This document shows positions 1-6,686 of a DNA stretch of 11,433 nt, piece after piece. Source of the DNA: Opitutales bacterium. GTDB lineage: Bacteria; Verrucomicrobiota; Verrucomicrobiia; Opitutales; UBA9783. Location: NCBI GenBank assembly GCA_024407725.1, contig JAKSVZ010000021.1, forward strand, positions 1-11,433. The letters run 5' to 3'. A program made the position numbers and the translations under genes. The notes beneath the pieces were generated by a model, which was not told the DNA's origin, did not search any database, and saw only the letters and a program-made list of their open reading frames with translations. The number at the start of each line of letters is the position of its first letter. The first letter of the stretch is position 1.

Positions 1-221
1 TCAAAGGTATCACGATGGGGATACGCATCTAGGATCTTAAACGCACGTAGGTTTTCTACACAACGTGCTTCATATGCATCGTAATTTTCTTTGGTCAACC
101 GATGCTTATCATGTTCAATGCACCACGCCATATAACGGTTAATATCCGGATGATAATGGGCATGATCGCAGTAATTCGCTAGATTACTAACAAAAGCACA
201 ATCATGCCAACCGTAGATTTT
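1..221 (-). CDS. 3' continuation of the DltD-like gene in the -1 frame. It is partial and runs off the window start.
   Basis: I hand-translated the minus strand from 221 downward. It is open to the window edge: KIYGWHDCAFVSNLANYCDHAHYHPDINRYMAWCIEHDKHRLTKENYDAYEARCVENLRAFKILDAYPHRDTF. The frame opens immediately after a stop at 222..224. It joins the 179..1120 frame if one extra A is read in the A6 run (T6 on the plus strand, 218..223). It contains a D-x-x-H motif (Asp 165..167, His 156..158), as expected near the C-terminus of SGNH/DltD-like enzymes. Confidence 0.5.
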
Positions 222-1120
222 TTAACATTTGGGAGATCAGCACAGGCAGTTACCAAGTGGCGCCAATCAAAGAAGAAAGCATGATACATCTGATAAGGAG
301 TATAGGTGATAAGATTTTGACGAGGTGCACGTTTATAGGATATCCAGCTGTTAGGAGGCATCATTAGATAAAATTTGACCTCTGGATTATATCGAAAAAT
401 TTTCAATAAATCGTTGAATCGTTGAATTGAACATTGAACATCAATACGAGTATATTGACTAAAATCCGGTATGGATCGCCTTAGTTTTGATAAGTTTTGA
501 GGACTTACCCAAGAAATAAAACCATTTTCTTTACGCCAATACCAATTACGGATATTGTCTAAAGTGCACCATGTATGGAATATGGGATTATCCAAGCTAA
601 ATCCTCGCGAAACCCTATAACATGGGAAAATGCTGCGTAAACATTCTGATGAAGTAACGCACAACCATGGACGCTTCATGATTGGGATCGTTCTCATTAA
701 TTGTGTTTTATCATTAACACTTGACCAATAAAAACAAGCATCTATGACGAAAAAAACATATCTAAGTTTACCAGTGGTAATACATTGACGTGCATATTCG
801 CATCCTAAAGGCAATCCTTGATCGCTACTGCTCAACTTCAGTACCCCTTTAGCCCCTACCGCTTTAGCTAGGTCAGTACCTTTGAAGTTCATCGTGTGCG
901 AAGAACCTACCAGAATACTATCGTAATCATTACTTCTTTTGAGGTAGGTTTCGATTTGACCTAAGTTGATTAAAGTTTGACTACCAAACCATAGGTTTTT
1001 GTTCCACCGCGTCTCATGAAAAATATGGTACGGATCTACCATATAGACCATCAACGGCCCTATCGTCCAAAATAGGAATGTACAAAGAAGAAAATACAGG
1101 ATGTTGCGGCGTGAGGGCAT
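179..1120 (-). CDS. Membrane-anchored DltD-like / SGNH-like putative O-acyltransferase partner of the MBOAT. As encoded it appears truncated by a frameshift.
   Basis: This is the track ORF 179..1132. I prefer the ATG at 1120 (MPSRRNILYFLL...) over the TTG at 1132. The N-terminus is hydrophobic (ILYFLLCTFLFWTIGPLMVYMV), consistent with a single TM anchor. A G-S-S-H motif (nt 896..907) sits about 75 aa in, comparable to the GSSE serine motif of DltD. The gene lies 26 nt downstream of the MBOAT stop. The encoded C-terminus (STVGMIVLLLVI*) follows a homopolymer and looks out of frame. The family assignment comes from architecture and motifs only. Confidence 0.55.
   Translation of the reverse strand: MPSRRNILYFLLCTFLFWTIGPLMVYMVDPYHIFHETRWNKNLWFGSQTLINLGQIETYLKRSNDYDSILVGSSHTMNFKGTDLAKAVGAKGVLKLSSSDQGLPLGCEYARQCITTGKLRYVFFVIDACFYWSSVNDKTQLMRTIPIMKRPWLCVTSSECLRSIFPCYRVSRGFSLDNPIFHTWCTLDNIRNWYWRKENGFISWVSPQNLSKLRRSIPDFSQYTRIDVQCSIQRFNDLLKIFRYNPEVKFYLMMPPNSWISYKRAPRQNLITYTPYQMYHAFFFDWRHLVTACADLPNVKKSTVGMIVLLLVI
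1080..1111. repeat. Left arm of a 32-nt perfect inverted match, within the coding N-terminus of the DltD-like gene
   Basis: gtacaaagaagaaaatacaggatgttgcggcg (1080..1111) is the exact reverse complement of 11387..11418. Confidence 0.9.
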
Positions 1121-1146
1121 GATGAAATGCAATCCCTACACAGGCA

Positions 1147-2598
1147 TTAAAACTGCCAATACAGAAATTCTGCTTGGCTTGCTTTATTTACAATGTGCAT
1201 CCACAAAAACATAAAGGTTCCCCAGAGGAGGATAGTTTTGTACCAAAAAGGACGTAAAAAACGGTCGCATAGTTGTTTTGAGCTGTTAAACAAAACACAC
1301 AAGGCCAAGAGAATTCCTACGGTTATTACAAACCTACCAGCTAGTATGTTATCCATTAAAGCTCCCCATACCTCACTTTTTACAACGCGTATCGTTTTAT
1401 CCGACAAATCGACATTAATGAGCGATTTAATATAAAAGACGTTAAACATCTTCTTTAAAATCGCACAGGCATCTTGAACGGAGTTGGCTCGAAAGAACAC
1501 CCAAGCGATGTTGACGAAATTGAATGTAATCAACCAACTTAAAAAGGTGTTTAATTGATAACCTGTCTTAGTCCACAAACGATGAATAACGCTTGCTATT
1601 CCGTGTAACCCTCCCCAAATAACAAAGGTCCATCCTGCCCCGTGCCAAATACCTCCAATTAAAAAGGTTAGGAATAAATTAACGCACGTACGTGATAAGG
1701 CGCAATGGCTCCCGCCTAAGGGGATATAAACATAGTTTTTCAACCAAGTGGATAGGGTCATATGCCAACGACGCCAAAAATCTTGTATACTTAACGCTTG
1801 ATAAGGAGAATTGAAGTTTTCAGGCAGGCGAATACCGAACAACAATCCGCTTCCAATAGCCATATCAGCATAGCCGCTAAAATCAAAATAGAGTTGTAGC
1901 GTATAACCTATACTGGCTGTCCAAGCACCCAAAAACTGGAGTTGATCAATGGCTCCGTAACATTCATTTACATAGCCTGCTAGGGTATCGGCCAACATTA
2001 CTTTTTTGAACAAACCAAAAATAAATAGGCTTAATCCTTGGTACATGGCGTCCCAATTGACCGTTTTTTGAGCCTTAAATTGGGGAACCATTTCTTGATA
2101 ATGCACAATCGGTCCAGCGATCAATTGAGGGAAAAAGATTACAAACAGTACATATTCCAAAAAGCTGCAAGGTGCTGCCAAATGTTTATAGGCATCAACC
2201 AAATAAGCTATTTGTTGAAAGGTATAAAAGCTAATACCCAAGGGCAGAATGATTTTTGCTAACGCCCAGTGAGTACCCAACAAAGCATTACAGTTTTCGA
2301 TAAAAAAATTGTAGTATTTAAAATATCCCAATAACGCAACATTAGCCCCTACACCGAGCATCAATAATACGGTTCGACGATTCTTTTTCAGTAACGAATT
2401 ACCAATACAAAAGTTAACGCTTGCGGACGCGAGCAATAAAAAGAAAAACTTCCAATTCCACGTGATGTAAAAGACCGCTGATGCAACCAACAAAACGGGA
2501 ACAGACCATCCTGTTTTATGCTTTGCAATAGCTAACCAATACACAATTGCCGTAAGGGGCAATAGGCACACGAAATACCAAGGATCACAAAATAGCAT
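1147..2598 (-). CDS. MBOAT-family membrane-bound O-acyltransferase (AlgI/DltB/PatA-like)
   Basis: The 483-aa ORF is polytopic and hydrophobic. It has the hallmark MBOAT block FWRRWHMTLSTWLKNYVYIPLGGS, followed by GGIWHGAGW containing the conserved His. The N-terminus is AlgI-like (MLFCDPWYFVCLLPL). Confidence 0.9.
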   Translation of the reverse strand: MLFCDPWYFVCLLPLTAIVYWLAIAKHKTGWSVPVLLVASAVFYITWNWKFFFLLLASASVNFCIGNSLLKKNRRTVLLMLGVGANVALLGYFKYYNFFIENCNALLGTHWALAKIILPLGISFYTFQQIAYLVDAYKHLAAPCSFLEYVLFVIFFPQLIAGPIVHYQEMVPQFKAQKTVNWDAMYQGLSLFIFGLFKKVMLADTLAGYVNECYGAIDQLQFLGAWTASIGYTLQLYFDFSGYADMAIGSGLLFGIRLPENFNSPYQALSIQDFWRRWHMTLSTWLKNYVYIPLGGSHCALSRTCVNLFLTFLIGGIWHGAGWTFVIWGGLHGIASVIHRLWTKTGYQLNTFLSWLITFNFVNIAWVFFRANSVQDACAILKKMFNVFYIKSLINVDLSDKTIRVVKSEVWGALMDNILAGRFVITVGILLALCVLFNSSKQLCDRFLRPFWYKTILLWGTFMFLWMHIVNKASQAEFLYWQF

Positions 2599-2611
2599 AA
2601 TACTTTATGTT

Positions 2612-2743
2612 TTATCCTCTTTTAAAAATTGCTTTAAAAGCTCGAACAATAGTGTTTCTAAACACAAAACCTAGGGTTACGAAACCGGCAACAATAGCTC
2701 GGATAATGATAGTGGTTAAACCTGCATCCAAATAAGCAATCAT
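2612..2743 (-). CDS. Microprotein P1 (43 aa), single-TM, MIAYxD family
   Basis: Hand translation gives ATG (2741..2743) to TAA (2612..2614): MIAYLDAGLTTIIIRAIVAGFVTLGFVFRNTIVRAFKAIFKRG. It ends 13 nt upstream of the MBOAT ATG. It aligns without gaps to P2 and P3. It is not in the ORF track because it is under 60 aa. Confidence 0.6.
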   Translation of the reverse strand: MIAYLDAGLTTIIIRAIVAGFVTLGFVFRNTIVRAFKAIFKRG

Positions 2744-2747
2744 AAAT

Positions 2748-2891
2748 TTATTTTTTTGATGTAAATACTGACCGTAGCCCCTTAAAACATGAACTGATTG
2801 TATTACGCAGGAAATATACTGCTGTCAAAACACAACCAACAACCGCTTGGATAATAAATCCACCTAAAGAAAAATCAAAATAGGCTATCAT
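2748..2891 (-). CDS. Microprotein P2 (47 aa), single-TM, MIAYxD family
   Basis: Hand translation gives ATG (2889..2891) to TAA (2748..2750): MIAYFDFSLGGFIIQAVVGCVLTAVYFLRNTISSCFKGLRSVFTSKK. Its stop is 4 nt from the P1 ATG. The first codons differ from P1/P3 only synonymously (ata/att, gcc/gct). Confidence 0.6.
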   Translation of the reverse strand: MIAYFDFSLGGFIIQAVVGCVLTAVYFLRNTISSCFKGLRSVFTSKK

Positions 2892-2899
2892 ATTAATTA

Positions 2900-3043
2900 C
2901 TATCCTTTCTTAGTAAATAATTGTTTAAAAAACAGAAACGCTTTTTTTACAGAACTCCTACAAAAAACCAATGCAGTAGTGGCGGTAACAACGACTGTTT
3001 GAGTAATAAGAGAAGCTACCCCTCCATCGATATAAGCAATCAT
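2900..3043 (-). CDS. Microprotein P3 (47 aa), single-TM, MIAYxD family
   Basis: Hand translation gives ATG (3041..3043) to TAG (2900..2902): MIAYIDGGVASLITQTVVVTATTALVFCRSSVKKAFLFFKQLFTKKG. Its stop is 8 nt from the P2 ATG. Its start is 45 nt downstream of the CofE-like stop. Confidence 0.6.
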   Translation of the reverse strand: MIAYIDGGVASLITQTVVVTATTALVFCRSSVKKAFLFFKQLFTKKG

Positions 3044-3088
3044 AATTAAAACTCAAAGGGCAGAATAGGCTAAAATCAAGCCAAAAAT

Positions 3089-3802
3089 TTACTGTAAAAG
3101 TTCCAATAAGGGTTGATATAAATCCTCGTGCGGATCGATACACAAATCTTCCGCTGAGTGCGTTTGTTGGTCAAAGACAATGTGAGGAATATCGGTTACA
3201 ACAGCTAATGGGGTGCATTCCGAACTTTCTCCCATAGTTAATACGGCACTAACAGCCAACGCATCCCCTAGGTTAATACTGGTCACCTTTAACGGACGGC
3301 CGAACAAATCTGGGTGTCCAATATAGCTAACAACTGGATTAAATCCCCACCATGCAAGTGCAATACCGGTTACCCCTCGTCTAAGGGGGGTTGTGTGGCT
3401 ATCGGTGATCAATACCCCACATTCTTTAAGATGATGGTGCTGCACTAAGTGAGTATAAATCCTGCAAGCGGATTGAAAGGGGTCTTGGGGATAGAGGATA
3501 TAATATCCATTGCCATTCGATTCATCAATACCGGCTGATGGAATCAACAGGTGATGCTTATAGGTCAACACAATGTCGTGTTCTTTCGTGGGAGTCGCCA
3601 ATACACGATCAGCCTCGCGTTCAATGAGTTCAGTTTTTGAAATGGAATTTTGGGGAACCACCCGTCCTTCGCATACACTAACGACTTTGGAGGTAATAGC
3701 CACAACCGAGCGTTCAGGAAGCGTTGGTAAAAAGCGATCGATAAATGCTTCAATCGATTGGCATTCGCTCACACGCTCTGTTTTAATAGCCTCAATACGC
3801 AT
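3089..3802 (-). CDS. folC2: CofE-family (F420-0:gamma-glutamyl ligase-like) protein, likely the alternative folylpolyglutamate/dihydrofolate synthase of chlamydial type (FolC2)
   Basis: CofE-family blocks are present: SKVVSVCEGR, PSAGIDESNG, ITDSHTTPLRRGVTGIALAWWGF, DALAVSAVLTMGE. It sits directly after folKP and overlaps it, as with C. trachomatis CT611 next to its folate genes. The start is either ATG 3802 (11-nt overlap) or GTG 3808 (17-nt overlap, the track start). Confidence 0.75.
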   Translation of the reverse strand: MRIEAIKTERVSECQSIEAFIDRFLPTLPERSVVAITSKVVSVCEGRVVPQNSISKTELIEREADRVLATPTKEHDIVLTYKHHLLIPSAGIDESNGNGYYILYPQDPFQSACRIYTHLVQHHHLKECGVLITDSHTTPLRRGVTGIALAWWGFNPVVSYIGHPDLFGRPLKVTSINLGDALAVSAVLTMGESSECTPLAVVTDIPHIVFDQQTHSAEDLCIDPHEDLYQPLLELLQ

Positions 3803-5096
3803 ACCCACCTGCTAACCATTGTTGCGCAACCAACGCACGTTGATGTAATGCAACATTATGAATGCGAATGTAGTCTACTTGATGGCGTAAGGCAAGCGAA
3901 ATGGCAACCGTTTCCGCATCCCGCTGCGATGCTTCCTGAGGACTAAAAGCATTTAGGTAGCTCTTTCGGGAATGGCCTAAAAGCGTTGGACATCCTGTTT
4001 TAGCAGCCCATTCCCCATATCGTTGCAACAACTCCTTTGTTTGGTAAGCGCTTTTCCCGAAACCAATCCCAAAATCTAAAATAATCTTATCGGTTGAAAA
4101 CCCTAGGTGGATTAGCCGCTCCACCTGCTGAGTACTCCAATCGATTAACGTTGGATTCAAGTTACGTAGGCATTCATTGTTTTTTACAGGAACCGACAAA
4201 GCATGCATGATGCAAACGGAGCACCCTTGGTTGGCAATAATGTGCAAAATTTCGTCTGATAATAGGTGTGGGAAGGTATTAATCCAAGCGATAGGATACT
4301 GTTCTACGAGTTGCTTAATAACGGGTGCTTGGAAGGTATCGATACTCACCGTAACTTCATCAAAATTCAGCCTATCCAAAACCGGTTTTAGGCGCTTCCA
4401 TTCTTCTTCGGGGGCAATTTGAACCCCATCGGGTCTCGTGGATTGCGCCCCTATGTCTACTATAGTAGCGCCTTCTTGTATCAATTGATGGCAACGCGCA
4501 ACCGCGGCATCAGGAGTAAACGATAATTCTCCGTCCGAAAACGAATCGGGGGTAACGTTGACAATGCCCACACAGCGCGGTTCAAGGACGAACGAACGGA
4601 TAAAGGGAACCTCAGGGCGTAGTATTTGGGTGGCTAGTTCCGCAAACGAGCCCTGTGTTTTGGGGTCTGTGCCGTCTGGGTTCATCAAGGCCATTAAATG
4701 CGCTAAAAACCAACGGTTATAAAGGCCAGAATGAGGAATGCTCAGCTGTTCGCTTTGGATACACTCGTTATCATACAACACGATATCTAGATCTAAGGTT
4801 CTGGGGCTCCAACGCTCATGGTTTGGATCGCGCCCCGCTTGCTGTTCAATGGCCTTTAACCGTGCTAGCAGGGCATAAGGATCCAAATCCGTTTCTCCGC
4901 GAACAAGGGCGTTTAGGTAGGGTCGATCCCAATCGGCTGGGGAATTGGGCAATACCAAGGCTGGGGTTTCTAGTACAATGGAAGCAACTACGTTTTGTAA
5001 AACACCTGCCTTCAAGCAATCAATTCCCTGATGCAGATAAGCTAAGCGGTTCCCAAGGTTAGAACCTAAGGCAATATAAACGGTATGCATCGGCAT
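3792..5096 (-). CDS. folKP: Bifunctional 6-hydroxymethyl-7,8-dihydropterin pyrophosphokinase / dihydropteroate synthase (HPPK-DHPS fusion)
   Basis: The N-terminal half has HPPK motifs (VYIALGSNLGNR, RWSPRTLDLDIVLY). The C-terminal half has DHPS motifs (GIVNVTPDSFSDG, DIGAQSTRPDG, LLGHSRKS). The ATG overlaps the upstream stop in TAATG (5094..5098). Confidence 0.92.
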   Translation of the reverse strand: MPMHTVYIALGSNLGNRLAYLHQGIDCLKAGVLQNVVASIVLETPALVLPNSPADWDRPYLNALVRGETDLDPYALLARLKAIEQQAGRDPNHERWSPRTLDLDIVLYDNECIQSEQLSIPHSGLYNRWFLAHLMALMNPDGTDPKTQGSFAELATQILRPEVPFIRSFVLEPRCVGIVNVTPDSFSDGELSFTPDAAVARCHQLIQEGATIVDIGAQSTRPDGVQIAPEEEWKRLKPVLDRLNFDEVTVSIDTFQAPVIKQLVEQYPIAWINTFPHLLSDEILHIIANQGCSVCIMHALSVPVKNNECLRNLNPTLIDWSTQQVERLIHLGFSTDKIILDFGIGFGKSAYQTKELLQRYGEWAAKTGCPTLLGHSRKSYLNAFSPQEASQRDAETVAISLALRHQVDYIRIHNVALHQRALVAQQWLAGGYAY

Positions 5097-6577
5097 TAAA
5101 AGTTTACGTTACGCATATCACCGGTTGTTTGATACGCCTGATATAAAGCAAAAACATTGGATAGATTGTGGCCGATATGCCCCTGTTGAGCTTGCTTTAA
5201 ATACGCTTGCAAGATGGGTCGATAATCAGGATGAGCACAAGCAATCATAGCCTTGGCGCGTTGCTCGGGTGATTTTCCGCGTAAATCTGCGCAGCCGTAC
5301 TCAGTGACAATGATTTGGGTATCGTGTTCGGTATGGTCGATATGCGAACAGAAAGGAACGATATTAGAAATAGCGCCTGATTTAGCGGTTGACGGGAGGG
5401 TAAATACCGATAAGAAGCTGTTGCGTGCAAAATCTCCAGATCCCCCAATACCATTGACCGCCTGAGTACCCTGTACATGCGTACTATTTACGTTTCCAAA
5501 CAAATCTACCTCCAAGGCCGAATTAAAGGATAATAACCCAAGGCGTCGAATCACTTCAGGATGATTGCTAATTTCCTGAGGACGTAAAACTAATCGATTT
5601 TGATAACAACTCCAGTTGGAATACAGTTCCTTTTGATAGCTATCGGTTACATAAATTCCACAGGTACTGATAAAGCTAATCTTCCCTTGTTTCATCAATT
5701 CAAACACAGCATCTTGAGCGATTTCGGTATATACTTGGAAGGTTGGTATGGCAGGATTCGCACCCATAACTTTTAAAATAGCGTTCGCTATGTTGCCAAT
5801 ACCCGATTGCACAGGCAAAAATGATTGCGGAATACGCCCCACTTGCATTTCTTGCTGTAAAAATTCAACAACCCGTTCCCCAATGCGTTGATAAACGGTA
5901 TCAATGGGTTTAAACTCTGGGTTTTGCTCGCCCTGATAGGTCTCCACCACCCCTAGGATTTTTTTGGGATCTACCGTTAGCTGCGTTGTTCCAATCCGGT
6001 CGCTGGGTTTAGTAACAGGGATGATGTCATACGGCGGATAACGATTAGGTTCGTAAATATCATGAATCCCCTTTAGCGGAGCATGATAGGGATTGTGCTC
6101 TAAGATAATATGCTTTGCACACTGACAAAAGGTAGGGGTTGCTCCAACCGACGCTGTTAATGTCAGCTGTCCATCGGGGGTATAATCTGCTACTTCGACC
6201 AACGCATAATCAAGAGGTCCCATAATGCCGCTGCGTATACTTTGCGGGAAGTGCGACAAATGCTCCTCGCGATACGCAACGTTTCCTTGATTGATGGCGG
6301 TACGCATCGCAGGATGCGATTGATAAGGGGCTCGGTAAGTAACCGCTTGGGCTTGAGTCAGAGCCCCATCTACCGCTTCATGGGAAGAAGCACCGGTTAA
6401 TAGATGAATACTGAAAGCTTGGCCTTTCTGATGCAATTCAGTTGCACGCTTTGCCAAAGCTAACGGAATACTTTTGACGCTACCGGCACTTGTGAATCCG
6501 CTACATGCAACCCAAGCCCCATTGGGGATGAAGGCAGCCGCTTCGTCGGCCGAAAGAATAGGAAACACAGAAGCCAT
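5096..6577 (-). CDS. Acetyl-CoA hydrolase/transferase family enzyme, succinate/acetate CoA-transferase type (ScpC/YgfH/AarC-like)
   Basis: The 493-aa ORF is colinear with my recollection of E. coli YgfH. Shared blocks include SGFTSAGSVK, LLTGAS, YRAPYQ, DPKKILGVVET, LPVQSGIGNIANA, LRPQEISNHPEVIRRLG, NGIGGSGDFARN and IVTEYGCADLRG. Confidence 0.88.
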   Translation of the reverse strand: MASVFPILSADEAAAFIPNGAWVACSGFTSAGSVKSIPLALAKRATELHQKGQAFSIHLLTGASSHEAVDGALTQAQAVTYRAPYQSHPAMRTAINQGNVAYREEHLSHFPQSIRSGIMGPLDYALVEVADYTPDGQLTLTASVGATPTFCQCAKHIILEHNPYHAPLKGIHDIYEPNRYPPYDIIPVTKPSDRIGTTQLTVDPKKILGVVETYQGEQNPEFKPIDTVYQRIGERVVEFLQQEMQVGRIPQSFLPVQSGIGNIANAILKVMGANPAIPTFQVYTEIAQDAVFELMKQGKISFISTCGIYVTDSYQKELYSNWSCYQNRLVLRPQEISNHPEVIRRLGLLSFNSALEVDLFGNVNSTHVQGTQAVNGIGGSGDFARNSFLSVFTLPSTAKSGAISNIVPFCSHIDHTEHDTQIIVTEYGCADLRGKSPEQRAKAMIACAHPDYRPILQAYLKQAQQGHIGHNLSNVFALYQAYQTTGDMRNVNF

Positions 6578-6686
6578 AAATACTTAAGAATTTAATGCTA
6601 TCGCTAGGCGTTGGCAATTTGTTTTATGCATCCTAGGAGTCCTATGGTACATTTTATGCTTTTTCAAACATACAGTAACTCATTTT

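Noticed and set aside
1121-1132. TTG start at 1132 for the DltD-like gene, and similarly GTG 8322 for dnaX and GTG 3808 for the CofE-like gene.
   Set aside because: An in-frame ATG lies 1-4 codons downstream in each case. For the DltD-like gene the paralog alignment begins at SRRN, so the extra residues are unsupported. These starts are kept as alternatives only.
179-3043. The MBOAT module looks more AT-rich than the folate and dnaX regions (about 37% against about 48% GC in spot-checked 60-nt lines). It was considered as a horizontally acquired island.
   Set aside because: Only a few lines were counted by hand. Membrane proteins rich in Phe/Ile/Leu/Lys are inherently AT-biased. No flanking tRNA, integrase or direct repeats are present.
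2958-3143. 61-aa track ORF on the minus strand spanning the CofE-like 3' end and the P3 region.
   Set aside because: It overlaps the CofE-like coding end and is out of frame with microprotein P3. P3 is supported by two paralogs, and this ORF has no paralog or motif support.
6578-6686. Divergent intergenic spacer with TTGGCA (6611..6616) and a repeated ttttatgc (6622..6629 and 6652..6659, where 6652..6660 is attttatgc). It was considered for -35/-10 promoter calls.
   Set aside because: No hexamer pair with 16-18 nt spacing and a credible -10 could be found by eye. The region very likely contains promoters, but I cannot place them.
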